This document shows positions 47,999 through 56,849 of a stretch of 64,000 nucleotides of DNA, piece after piece (within the stretch, counting starts at the first letter, position 1; each line of letters starts with the position of its first letter). The notes beneath the pieces were generated by a model. The model saw only the letters and a program-made list of their open reading frames with translations. It did not search any database and was not told where the DNA came from. The stretch spans positions 1 through 64,000 of the forward strand of contig CBDUYR010000002.1 in the NCBI GenBank assembly GCA_965371515.1, written 5' to 3'. Made by a program: the position numbers and the translations under genes. Source of the stretch: an uncultured bacterium. Lineage in GTDB: Bacteria; Krumholzibacteriota; Krumholzibacteriia; Krumholzibacteriales; Krumholzibacteriaceae.

Positions 47999-50375
47999 TT
48001 CTTCTCCCGGCCTTTCTTGAGGATCCCTTCCCGCCGTCTCCGGCGAGCGCTATAGCTATCCCCTTGTCGACGGTATCGATGAAATCGAACCTAATTTCCT
48101 TCCTGATCCCGGCAGGAATATCGTCCAGGTCCTTCATATTCGATGTGGGAAGTATCACTTCCCTGATCCCCGCCCTGTGGGCGGCGATCACCTTGTCCCT
48201 GATCGCTCCTACGGGCAGCACCTTTCCGGTCAGCGTGATCTCGCCCGTCATCGCGACGTCGTTTCTGATCTTTCTTCCCGTTGCGAGTGAGGCGAGCGAG
48301 ACCGCTATCGCGATACCCGCGCTAGGGCCATCCTTGGGAACCGCCCCGGACGGAATATGCAGGTGAAAATCAGAGTTTTCAAAGAATTTCTCGTCCTTCA
48401 TCTCCTCTTCGAGGTTTGCGCGGACATAGCTCATAGCCGCCTGGGCCGATTCCTTCATGACGTCGCCGAGTTGTCCGGTCAGCCTGACGGACCCTCCACC
48501 CTTCATGCCGAGGGCCTCTACGAAGAGTATGACTCCTCCGGCGGCGGTTTTCGCCATGCCGGTCGCAACGCCTTTCTCGGGCCGCGGGAGCATCTGCTGA
48601 TCCGGATAATCGGCCGCGCCCAGCCAGGCCTCGAGATTCCTCGAAGAAACCTTCCACGGCCCCTTTCCACCTTCGACCAGTTTTTTCGCCGCCCTTCTCA
48701 TCACGGTGGAGATCTTCCTCTCGAGGTTGCGGACACCGGCTTCCCCCGTGTACCTCTCGATTATCATCCGCAACGCGTCATCAGTGATGCCGAACTTTCC
48801 CGATGGAACTCCGTTCTCCTCGAGCTGCCTCGGAAAGAGATACTTCCTCGCTATCTTGATCTTCTCGGCGGTAATGTACCCGGACAGTTCGATCACTTCC
48901 ATCCTGTCGAGCAGGGCCGGCGGAATCGTATCGCGGATGTTGGCCGTCGCTATAAAGATCACCGAGGAGAGATCGAAAGGAATGTTGACATAGTTGTCTT
49001 CAAACGAATTGTTCTGCTGCGGATCGAGGACCTCGAGAAAGGCCGAGGCCGGATCGCCCCTGAAGTCCTTCCCGAGCTTGTCGATCTCGTCGAGCATGAA
49101 AACGGGGTTGTTGCTCCCCGCGTTCCTGATACCCTGGACTATCCTCCCGGGCAGAGCGCCTACATACGTCCTCCGATGCCCCCTTATTTCAGCCTCGTCC
49201 CTTATGCCGCCAAGCGAGATCCGCACGAACTTTCTTCCCATCGCAGAGGCGATGCTCATGCCCAGAGACGTCTTTCCCACCCCGGGCGGGCCGGTGAAGC
49301 AGAGGATCGAGCCCTTCGAGTCCCTCTTCAGCTTTCTCACTGACAGGTACTCAAGGATCCTCTCCTTGACCTGCTCGAGATCGTAATGGTCCCTGTTCAG
49401 GATGCGTCTGGCCTTCCCGATGTCGTGGGAATCCTTCGTCGATTCCATCCATGGAAGCTCGAGAATCCAGTCGAGATAGGTCCGCGCCACTGTATATTCC
49501 GCCGAGCCGGAAAACATCCTCGAAAGCCTCGACCATTCCCTTTCCGCCGCGGTACGAGCCGCCTCGGGCATATCTTTCGAATCGATCCTCACTCTCAGTT
49601 CGTCGAGCTCGACCGATGAGTCCTCCTCTCCGAGCTCCTTCTGTATGACCTTTATCTGCTGGCGCAGATAGTATTCGCGCTGCTCTCTGTCCATCTCGTG
49701 CCGGACATCCTGCCTGATCTTTTCGCCCATGCGGGCTATCTCGAGCTCGCTGTTCAGCAGGCCGTACACATGATGGAGCCGTTTGACGGGATCGAGCATC
49801 TCAAGCGCGATCTGTTTCTCCTCTATGCCGGTGTTGACGTTCGCCGCCACGAGATCTGCCAGTCTTCCCGGCTCCCTCACGCCTGCGATAATTCCCTTGA
49901 GCTCGTCGGGATAACTCTCCGAGACGTCCACGAGCCTGGAAAAGGCGTTTACTACATTAAGCATCATCGCCCGGGATTTCCTCCTGCCATCTTCCCTCTC
50001 CTCGAGAGGAGAAACGATCGCCCTCATCATCGGCGGATCGTCCGTGAAATTCCGCACTTCTATACGGGTCAGTCCCTGGCCTATGATCCTGATATGTCCA
50101 TCGGGAAATCTCGCCATCTTCTGGATCAGCATCGCGCATCCGGTATGGTATATGGCGTCAGGCCCGGGCGAGGGCTCCGACGGGTCCTTCTGAGTAAAAA
50201 CGCCTATGATCTTGATCTCTCCGAGGGCCTCGTCGATGAGACTGATCAGGTTCTCGTCCGTGAGGATCAGGGGAACGAGCATGTACGGAAAGACTACGCC
50301 GTCGTTTATCGGTATGACGGCGAGTTCTTCGGGTATGTCCCCGACCGGATCGTGTTCTATCACTGATTCGTTCAA
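47985..50375 (-). CDS. lon: ATP-dependent Lon protease (TTG start inferred; ORF open to 50573)
   Basis: LON N-domain, QREYYLRQQ, DHY.L..VKERILE, GPPGVGKTS, RGHRRTYVGA.PG, LDEIDK, PKDGPSAG (catalytic Ser), AMTGEI, K..AA.R. Confidence 0.96.
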   Translation of the reverse strand: MNESVIEHDPVGDIPEELAVIPINDGVVFPYMLVPLILTDENLISLIDEALGEIKIIGVFTQKDPSEPSPGPDAIYHTGCAMLIQKMARFPDGHIRIIGQGLTRIEVRNFTDDPPMMRAIVSPLEEREDGRRKSRAMMLNVVNAFSRLVDVSESYPDELKGIIAGVREPGRLADLVAANVNTGIEEKQIALEMLDPVKRLHHVYGLLNSELEIARMGEKIRQDVRHEMDREQREYYLRQQIKVIQKELGEEDSSVELDELRVRIDSKDMPEAARTAAEREWSRLSRMFSGSAEYTVARTYLDWILELPWMESTKDSHDIGKARRILNRDHYDLEQVKERILEYLSVRKLKRDSKGSILCFTGPPGVGKTSLGMSIASAMGRKFVRISLGGIRDEAEIRGHRRTYVGALPGRIVQGIRNAGSNNPVFMLDEIDKLGKDFRGDPASAFLEVLDPQQNNSFEDNYVNIPFDLSSVIFIATANIRDTIPPALLDRMEVIELSGYITAEKIKIARKYLFPRQLEENGVPSGKFGITDDALRMIIERYTGEAGVRNLERKISTVMRRAAKKLVEGGKGPWKVSSRNLEAWLGAADYPDQQMLPRPEKGVATGMAKTAAGGVILFVEALGMKGGGSVRLTGQLGDVMKESAQAAMSYVRANLEEEMKDEKFFENSDFHLHIPSGAVPKDGPSAGIAIAVSLASLATGRKIRNDVAMTGEITLTGKVLPVGAIRDKVIAAHRAGIREVILPTSNMKDLDDIPAGIRKEIRFDFIDTVDKGIAIALAGDGGKGSSRKAGRRNAKR

Positions 50376-50386
50376 TTCCGTGACCT

Positions 50387-50776
50387 CTACTCTATCTCTA
50401 CCTTTCGGGCACGGCTGGAGGGATCGGTTCTTGCGATCCTGACCTCCAGCATGCCGCGATCGTAACGCGCAGTTGTCTTTTCGTGATCTACGGGAACCGG
50501 CAGGTCGATCTCCCTTGCGAACCTTCCTATCTGTATTTCTATCTGCTGGTACTGCTTCCTTCCATCGCAGCACGAGCTTCCCCTGACGCCGCCTATCCTC
50601 AGTTTGCTGCCGTCCGTCACGATGTTGATCGTATCGCTGTCCATGCCGGCGATATCGACGATCACGATCACCTCTTCCATGGTAACGATAACGTCCGTCG
50701 GCGGTTCCCAGGAAAGATCGGAGGGATACTTCATCCGGGCCTTCCCTGAACTTCGGCTTTCACGGTCGTTTCTCAT
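50387..50776 (-). CDS. Hsp20/alpha-crystallin small heat-shock protein
   Basis: WEPPTDV, DIAG, EI..G.F.R.I.LP..VD, A.Y..GML.V. Confidence 0.85.
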   Translation of the reverse strand: MRNDRESRSSGKARMKYPSDLSWEPPTDVIVTMEEVIVIVDIAGMDSDTINIVTDGSKLRIGGVRGSSCCDGRKQYQQIEIQIGRFAREIDLPVPVDHEKTTARYDRGMLEVRIARTDPSSRARKVEIE

Positions 50777-50828
50777 TGAAGGGCTTTACCTTTCGTCTTC
50801 CGGACGTTCGGTTCTCCAGATGAAGTCG

Positions 50829-50871
50829 AGGATAGAAAAGGCTGGAATCAAAGTCAATTCAAAAGGCTGGA
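50829..50871 (-). promoter_or_regulatory. Sigma-70-type promoter of hsp20-lon with flanking 11-bp direct repeats
   Basis: Minus strand TTGACT-17 nt-TATCCT; AAAAGGCTGGA occurs at 50836-50846 and 50861-50871. Confidence 0.5.
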
Positions 50872-50875
50872 TATG

Positions 50876-50943
50876 AAAAGACGGGATGCCCTCTTACCCC
50901 TGTCCCTGCTGAAACTCCAGGTATGGATCAGCGGGCATCCCGT
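50876..50943 (-). terminator. Inverted repeat / terminator-like structure downstream of the lipoprotein gene
   Basis: Perfect 11-bp inverted repeat ACGGGATGCCC (50881-50891) / GGGCATCCCGT (50933-50943), followed by CTTTT on the minus strand. Confidence 0.45.
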
Positions 50944-50953
50944 CCTCTGTGGT

Positions 50954-51400
50954 CTATTTCTTGCCCACGCCTATCGCCGGATCACTGCCGGGATATATGA
51001 GCGGCTGTTCGTATCCGACAAGGCTGTAACTGGACAGTCTCTTCTCGTCGATATCCCAGTCGTACAGGATGTTGTCCTCGTCGAAATCGAGCATGTAGAC
51101 GAGCACCGAGCCTGCTCCCCTGTCCTGGATGTAGTAGATGAAGCGTTCCTCGTCATTCACGCTCGAGGTCAGGTAGACGTTCGGCATCCCCCAGGAGGCG
51201 ACGATCTCGTCTCCGTTCATTCCCCTTACGATCTCGCCGTTCCGGATGTTCTCCTGGAAGGCGCTCTCGGGATGACCCTCGATATAGATCTCCCTTGCCT
51301 CGCTGGATGTAAAATTCTCCCTCTCGATATGGGAAGTACAGGAACACCCTGAGACGAAGATCAGCAGGGGCATGGCGAAAAGAAGTGGCAGGTACCTCAT
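50954..51400 (-). CDS. Lipoprotein with a BamE/SmpA-like small domain
   Basis: AAGGAGG RBS, lipobox FVSGC, G.I..GM..DEI.ASWG.P...E...Y motif. Confidence 0.65.
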   Translation of the reverse strand: MRYLPLLFAMPLLIFVSGCSCTSHIERENFTSSEAREIYIEGHPESAFQENIRNGEIVRGMNGDEIVASWGMPNVYLTSSVNDEERFIYYIQDRGAGSVLVYMLDFDEDNILYDWDIDEKRLSSYSLVGYEQPLIYPGSDPAIGVGKK

Positions 51401-51615
51401 TGCGCTCCCTCCTTGATGTTGGGAGTCCTCCACACACAATGCGCCGAAACCCTTTACGGCACATCGATTTCATGACATGAGAGCGATCAGCACGAGAAAA
51501 CACCACGGCCCTCTCGAGCTGCGGTGTCACAACTCCTGTCTCCTCGCGGTGGGGTCCGAAAGGACAAAAATCACCCCCTGTCAAATCACCTTTCATTATT
51601 AAGTATATTCCGCTT

Positions 51616-53145
51616 TCACGGGGTGTCAATGGGGACCGGGAAAGCCTCGTAGAGAACAAGCGTGACCCCGGGCAGATAATATTCCGCGGAACGGTTCATA
51701 CTGGTCTCGAGGTGATCGACGATATGACCCTCGGCATCGGTGTCCCACACCCTGCAGCTGACCAGCCAGACTCTCCTGCGCCCTTCTGTCAGCCGGCGGA
51801 ATTTCTCCTCGATGCCGTCACGGTCAAGATGCGCGGCATAGATCGATTTCACGGGCCGGCTTCCGCGGTAATAGTGCCGTACCGCTCTCTCCATCCCCGG
51901 GGCAAGGATTACATCGCCTGGCATGTCCGCATCCGAGATGATCTCGACTGCGCCCCTGATATCATCCCTCGAGTACCTGGGCTCGAAGTGATAATGCATC
52001 ACCGAAAAAAGCATCAGTGCGCACAGGGCCGATGTCGCCGCGACACGCGCTGTCCTGGCGCGTGGGATCCCGTGTGCGATGATCGCGATGAACAGCGGGA
52101 AAGCGCACATGAGGTACCGTACGTTGAGGACCTTTATCTTGAGGATCGCCGCTGCAGTCACGAGTCCGATCGTCGCCGACAAAACGCAGATATAGAGGGC
52201 GGCCCTGCGTTCCCTGAACAGCCTGGCCAGACCGTTTACTGCGGCCGCTCCGAACAGCAACGCCGCAAGGGCTATCTGCAGGCCGTACCTGCCGAGCAGG
52301 GAGGACACCGTTACCGATTCATGCAGTTCCCGGAGATCCGGACCGTATGAGAATCCCATGGCAAAGGCGAAAAGACCGTACGGATATGCCATCAGTTCCG
52401 ACAGGCCGGCACCCTCCATCCTGTAGACGACCGGGCGGCTCGATGCTACCACCGCCCTTATCCTCCTGAGAAAGAAGAACTCCCTGTATATCCATGGAGA
52501 GACGATGACAAGCGTGACTAAGGCGGCGAGCGCTCCGTATCTCAGGTGGTTCCCCCTGAGCCTGCCCGTCACCACCATGTACAGGGCAAGTCCGGCGCAG
52601 AGGAAAACCGCCATGAAATGCGACAGACAGGCGAGTCCGAGGGCCAGGCCAAGCAGAAGACCGCTCCGGAACGAAGGCTTCTCGTCGAAACGGCTGAAGG
52701 CAAGCAGGGAAAGGACGACAAACATCGTGAGGAACGAGTAGAACCGCAGCTCCTGGGAATAGTAGATGTTGAAAGGGTTGACAGCCATCAGGAGGGCTCC
52801 GGCCAGGGCGGTGCTCTCATTCGACTCGCGCCTGAGCCAGAAATAGATGAGGATCACTGTCACGACCCCGGCCAAGGCTCCCGGAGCGCGCAGCCAGGCC
52901 TCCGAGGAAGATGCCAGCGCCCAGAAATGCATAGCCAGCGAATAGAGCGGCCCGTGAACGTCCCACAACAGTTTGACGCCGTAGGGGATCCCTCCTTCCG
53001 GCGACGAATAAGACCCGATCGTGAGGATCTCGTCGAGCCAGAACGACTGATGACCAAGCCGGAAAAACCTCAGCACGGCGGCCAGCACGGCGACTGCCGT
53101 CAACACCGCAAGATTTCTGCTGTCTCCTCCTGTATTCCTCATCAT
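51616..53145 (-). CDS. GT-C membrane glycosyltransferase (ArnT/PMT-like, GT39/83)
   Basis: LRF..LG..SFWLDE, HGPLY, SEAWLR, NPF.IYYSQELR.Y, RY; many TM segments. Confidence 0.82.
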   Translation of the reverse strand: MMRNTGGDSRNLAVLTAVAVLAAVLRFFRLGHQSFWLDEILTIGSYSSPEGGIPYGVKLLWDVHGPLYSLAMHFWALASSSEAWLRAPGALAGVVTVILIYFWLRRESNESTALAGALLMAVNPFNIYYSQELRFYSFLTMFVVLSLLAFSRFDEKPSFRSGLLLGLALGLACLSHFMAVFLCAGLALYMVVTGRLRGNHLRYGALAALVTLVIVSPWIYREFFFLRRIRAVVASSRPVVYRMEGAGLSELMAYPYGLFAFAMGFSYGPDLRELHESVTVSSLLGRYGLQIALAALLFGAAAVNGLARLFRERRAALYICVLSATIGLVTAAAILKIKVLNVRYLMCAFPLFIAIIAHGIPRARTARVAATSALCALMLFSVMHYHFEPRYSRDDIRGAVEIISDADMPGDVILAPGMERAVRHYYRGSRPVKSIYAAHLDRDGIEEKFRRLTEGRRRVWLVSCRVWDTDAEGHIVDHLETSMNRSAEYYLPGVTLVLYEAFPVPIDTP

Positions 53146-53179
53146 TGTCCTTATACCCCCGCAGCGCGATTTTTTCCAG

Positions 53180-53214
53180 TTGAAAACGAGTTTATCGAAG
53201 CCGATACTCGATCC
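53180..53214 (+). promoter_or_regulatory. Putative promoter giving a leaderless DUF72 transcript
   Basis: TTGAAA-17 nt-GATACT-6 nt-ATG 53215, with no Shine-Dalgarno sequence. Confidence 0.35.
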
Positions 53215-54114
53215 ATGGCGTCAGCAGAGAAAAAAGATACGACGATCTACATCGGGCCCGCAGGCTGGTCGTACGCCGACTGGGAAGGAGTTGTCTACCC
53301 TTCAGGCACAGGGTATGACAGGCTTCTCTACATGGCACGCTACTTTAACGTAATCGAGCTCAACAGCTCATTCTACCGGATCCCCGGGGAAAAGATGGTC
53401 TCCAGCTGGCGGGACAGGCTTTCGACCGTGCCCGGGTTCAGGCTCACCATCAAGGTCAACGGTAAGTTCACGCACGAGAGGGAGTACGTACCGAGCGAGC
53501 TGAAGGCATTCACAGCCCGTTTCTCCCCGCTGCACGAGGCTGGTATCTCTGGTCCCTTTCTCCTGCAGTTCCCCTGGTCTTTCAGAAACACCCCTCGATC
53601 GAGAGAATATCTAGAGAGACTGACTCCCTTCTTCGAGGGCCGTCCGACTGCTGTCGAGTTGAGACACGGCTCCTGGGACGACCCCGAAACACTCGACCTG
53701 CTGTCGAGGTGCGGCTTCGCGTTCTGCAACATCGACCAGCCGCTGATCGGCGATTCCTTCCCGCCGTCGTCATTCGTGACCGATCATGACACGGGCTACA
53801 TCCGTCTCCACGGGAGGAACAGTAAGGACTGGTTCCGCAGCGGCGCCGGCCGCGACGCGAGGTACGACTATCTCTATTCACAGGAAGAGATGGAGGAATG
53901 GTCGAAACGTGCCAGCGAGATGATGGGCAGGGTCAGTTCGCTCTTCATAATCACGAACAATCATTTCAGGGGTCAGGCGCTGGTCAACGCCCTCCAGTTG
54001 AAGTCGATGCTCGAAGGAGGCCTGATCGAGGCTCCGGCTTCGCTCATGAGAACATTCGGATCTTTGAGGGATTTCGCCGCTCCCCTTCCCGGAGATGAGG
54101 AACTCGACTTTTAG
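53215..54114 (+). CDS. DUF72 (YecE-like) protein
   Basis: IG.AGWSY.DW.G..YP, F..IELNSSFY, LLQFP.SF, AVE.RH.SW, YIRLHGRN, RYDYLYS, NNH..G. Confidence 0.88.
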   Translation: MASAEKKDTTIYIGPAGWSYADWEGVVYPSGTGYDRLLYMARYFNVIELNSSFYRIPGEKMVSSWRDRLSTVPGFRLTIKVNGKFTHEREYVPSELKAFTARFSPLHEAGISGPFLLQFPWSFRNTPRSREYLERLTPFFEGRPTAVELRHGSWDDPETLDLLSRCGFAFCNIDQPLIGDSFPPSSFVTDHDTGYIRLHGRNSKDWFRSGAGRDARYDYLYSQEEMEEWSKRASEMMGRVSSLFIITNNHFRGQALVNALQLKSMLEGGLIEAPASLMRTFGSLRDFAAPLPGDEELDF

Positions 54115-54119
54115 GAAAG

Positions 54120-54695
54120 CTACCTCGTCAATATGCCCAGGAGCAGAACGAGCAGAAACAGTGCGACGTAAAACAGCAGCTTCTTCGGAGATAAATGGGA
54201 CCCTTCTCCACCCACCTTCAACGTCATCTTTTTCTTCTGTTTCCTGGCCCTGACAAGGGGCGTAAGGCAGAACTGGCAGAACTCGTCGTCCTTCTTCAGT
54301 GGAAAGCCGCATTTGATACAGTTCTTTTCCTCGATTTCGACGATCTCCTGTTTCTCTTCGGGGATCTCGACCTCAGGCTTCACTTCTTCGGGATTGCAAT
54401 CCTCTATGAAGCCGATGCCTCCGGCCTCTTCGATCAGTTCGAGCGCACCTCGAGCCTTCGATGCGATTTTCGTCTCTACGACCTTCTTCGGCAGGTCGCG
54501 AAGCATGAACTTTATCTTGGTAACGGGCGTGCTGGTCAGTATCCCATATTTGATGGCGAATGAATCGGGAGTCTCGATCTCTCGCTTTATCCCCTCGAGG
54601 GTGACCTTGTAGATCGTTTCTTTCGGTCTGACGTCTTTCTTATCATCACCATCTTTGGGCGTGGCAGATCTGTATATGGAATCCTGTACGGACAT
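54120..54695 (-). CDS. Membrane-anchored protein with an L7/L12-CTD-like segment and a zinc ribbon
   Basis: K..L..LP..V......KA......IEEAGG, then CIKC...CQFC, then a C-terminal TM helix. Confidence 0.6.
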   Translation of the reverse strand: MSVQDSIYRSATPKDGDDKKDVRPKETIYKVTLEGIKREIETPDSFAIKYGILTSTPVTKIKFMLRDLPKKVVETKIASKARGALELIEEAGGIGFIEDCNPEEVKPEVEIPEEKQEIVEIEEKNCIKCGFPLKKDDEFCQFCLTPLVRARKQKKKMTLKVGGEGSHLSPKKLLFYVALFLLVLLLGILTR

Positions 54696-54720
54696 AATAC
54701 TCCCTTCGGGGTTATAGAAA

Positions 54721-54735
54721 GCATTATCCGTGCCA
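54721..54735 (-). promoter_or_regulatory. Sigma-54 (-24/-12) promoter
   Basis: Minus strand TGGCAC-GGATA-ATGC, 25 nt upstream of ATG 54695. Confidence 0.6.
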
Positions 54736-54767
54736 CAGACAGTCGATCGGTTAAGCGAATCGGCGGG

Positions 54768-54798
54768 AAAAAAAGGGGCAGGAAACTATTCCTGCCCC
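54768..54798 (-). terminator. Intrinsic terminator after the FN3 lipoprotein gene
   Basis: Minus strand GGGGCAGGAA-TAGT-TTCCTGCCCC followed by T7. Confidence 0.85.
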
Positions 54799-54821
54799 AT
54801 TGAGAATTATTATTGAAACTG

Positions 54822-55217
54822 TTATCGCGTATTGATTACCGCACACTCCTCGCCGGCCCTCCAACCCTCTATCCCGAAGGTATCGACCGCTGACACCTGG
54901 TAGCAATACTCTACGTTGCCGACGAGCTTCGTGTCTGTGTATGTCAGGTCGGTCGTCGTCCCGGCCAGTTCGACCACGTCGAACGCGGCAAAGTAGTAAT
55001 AGACCCTGAATTCCTCCAGCGTCCCCATACTCTCCGGCGGGTAGTCCCACGATATCGTAGCCTGCTCCGTCCCCGGTGTGACCGTCAGCTCGGTCGGGGT
55101 CGGCGGAGCATCCACATCGAAGGGCGCAGGTTCCGTCCCGTGGTTATTCGAGCAGGAGACGAGGGCGGCAGCCGCGACAATCGTCAATGCCATTATCATC
55201 TTCTTCAGCATCGTCAT
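54822..55217 (-). CDS. Fibronectin type III domain lipoprotein
   Basis: Lipobox ALVSC, PP.P..L......ISW, F.VY, Y.DT.L.....Y.YQVSAVD..G.E. Confidence 0.8.
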   Translation of the reverse strand: MTMLKKMIMALTIVAAAALVSCSNNHGTEPAPFDVDAPPTPTELTVTPGTEQATISWDYPPESMGTLEEFRVYYYFAAFDVVELAGTTTDLTYTDTKLVGNVEYCYQVSAVDTFGIEGWRAGEECAVINTR

Positions 55218-55223
55218 CGCCTC

Positions 55224-55703
55224 CTAGAACGAGAATGTCTTCACGACCATGAAACCATCCGGCCTGATCTCCATCGAGACAGGGGGAACGCTCGCCTCGG
55301 GGCCAAGCGTGATGTCGAGAATACTCCAGACGTACATTCCAGCCAGGACACCGATCGCAATGTTACGGTACCCGTAGATATCATCCGCATCATTCCAGCT
55401 GTCCGTCATCTGCGAGTAGTACTCAACGGCGTCCCCGATGTAGGCTGCCTGCGCGTACCCCCTCTGCGCCTCCTCATACGAATCTATGTGCCGATTGTAC
55501 TGCAGGGTAAACCCGCTGATCACTGCGATCGAAACGAGCGCCGTTCCCATCATCACAGCGCCCCTCGTATACCGCCCGGTCGAGAACTGCCCCCACCCCG
55601 GGAATACGACCGACTTGATCACATCTTCGTTCCTTTCGGCGGCGGCGGCCAGAGACGGCAGCAGGAGCAATGCCAGGAGCACTGTCACCGCAATCTTTCT
55701 CAT
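55224..55703 (-). CDS. Exported/membrane protein, DUF5683-like (ATG 55703 inferred)
   Basis: Signal peptide ending AAAA, S.VFPGWGQF..G motif, two hydrophobic helices, terminal aromatic residue (TFSF). Confidence 0.6.
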   Translation of the reverse strand: MRKIAVTVLLALLLLPSLAAAAERNEDVIKSVVFPGWGQFSTGRYTRGAVMMGTALVSIAVISGFTLQYNRHIDSYEEAQRGYAQAAYIGDAVEYYSQMTDSWNDADDIYGYRNIAIGVLAGMYVWSILDITLGPEASVPPVSMEIRPDGFMVVKTFSF

Positions 55704-55819
55704 CCTGAATCCTTTCTCCAGGTCATTTCGTTTACGGCTCTTATCCGTTATGTACGAATTTCCGGCGAAAATGTTACATCGCCATACTATAACCTCTTGA
55801 GGACTGGAACAATAGCCGA

Positions 55820-55848
55820 TTGACATGTTTCGGGAAAGCACTTAGTTT
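55820..55848 (+). promoter_or_regulatory. Sigma-70 promoter of the Gld-like ABC operon
   Basis: TTGACA-17 nt-TAGTTT, upstream of a GGAGG RBS and TTG 55899. Confidence 0.5.
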
Positions 55849-55898
55849 TATGTCTGCTGCACGCTGGCGAGCAGCCGGCTTCATCGTGGAGGACGGAT

Positions 55899-56849
55899 TT
55901 GATCCGAATAAGGGAACTGTCAAAATATTACGGGATTACGAAGGCTGTGGATAACCTCTCCTTTACTGTCGAGAGAGGCGAAGTCCTCGGTTTTCTCGGG
56001 CCGAACGGCGCCGGCAAGACCACCACGATGAAAATACTCGCCTGCTACCTTCCCCCTTCTTCCGGTACGGCGGAGATCTTCGGATCCGACATACTGAATG
56101 ATTCGATGGCGGTAAGGAAGAGGATCGGCTACCTCCCCGAAAAGAATCCCCTCTACACCGACATGGACGTCCGCTCCTTCCTCGAGTTCGCTGCCCGCCT
56201 GAAGGGCGTGGAAAGAGAGTCGCTGAACGGTTCGGTGGGCGCAGTCATAGAGAGATGCGGGCTCGGGGAAGTGAGGCGCAGGAAGATCGGCAACCTCTCA
56301 AAGGGATTCCAGCAGAGGGTAGGAATCGCCCAGGCGATCGTGAACGATCCGGAGCTGCTGATCCTCGACGAGCCGACGATCGGCCTCGACCCGAGGCAGA
56401 TAATCGACATCAGAACGCTGATCAAGGAACTGGGCAGGGAGAGGACCGTCATACTCAGCTCACACATCCTCCCCGAGGTAAGCCAGGTCTGCGACAGGAT
56501 AATCATTATCAACAACGGACGTCTCGTGGCCGTCGATTCCCCGGACAACCTCCGCAACAGGCTCAAGAAATCCTCGATGACCAAGGTCCGCATTGCCGGA
56601 TCAGCCGATCCGGCCGACACCGAACGTGTCATCCTGTCAGTCGAGGGGACGCGCATGATCCGGATCGAGGAACCGGGCGGAGACGGGTCCGCACTTATCA
56701 CGGTCGAATCGTCTTCCGATTCCGATATCCGCAGCGCTCTCGCGAAAAGACTCGTCGAGGAGGATATACCCCTGCTCGAGATCTACAGCGAGGAACTCTC
56801 CCTGGAGGACATCTTCATCAGGCTCGTTACCGAGGAGGGCAACGCATGA
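55899..56849 (+). CDS. ABC transporter ATP-binding subunit (GldA-like)
   Basis: GPNGAGKTT, IGYLPE.NPLY, LSKGFQQR, LILDEPT.GLDP, LSSHIL. Confidence 0.92.
   Translation: MIRIRELSKYYGITKAVDNLSFTVERGEVLGFLGPNGAGKTTTMKILACYLPPSSGTAEIFGSDILNDSMAVRKRIGYLPEKNPLYTDMDVRSFLEFAARLKGVERESLNGSVGAVIERCGLGEVRRRKIGNLSKGFQQRVGIAQAIVNDPELLILDEPTIGLDPRQIIDIRTLIKELGRERTVILSSHILPEVSQVCDRIIIINNGRLVAVDSPDNLRNRLKKSSMTKVRIAGSADPADTERVILSVEGTRMIRIEEPGGDGSALITVESSSDSDIRSALAKRLVEEDIPLLEIYSEELSLEDIFIRLVTEEGNA

Noticed and set aside
51548..51577. GTCCGAAAGGAC hairpin resembling hammerhead ribozyme stem II or the SRP loop
   Set aside because: The flanking catalytic CUGAUGA and GAAA boxes are missing, and the SRP internal-loop consensus is not met.
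52546..53214. Apparent 223-aa N-terminal extension of the DUF72 ORF
   Set aside because: It lies antisense to the GT-C gene; DUF72 similarity starts at ATG 53215, which has its own promoter-like signal.
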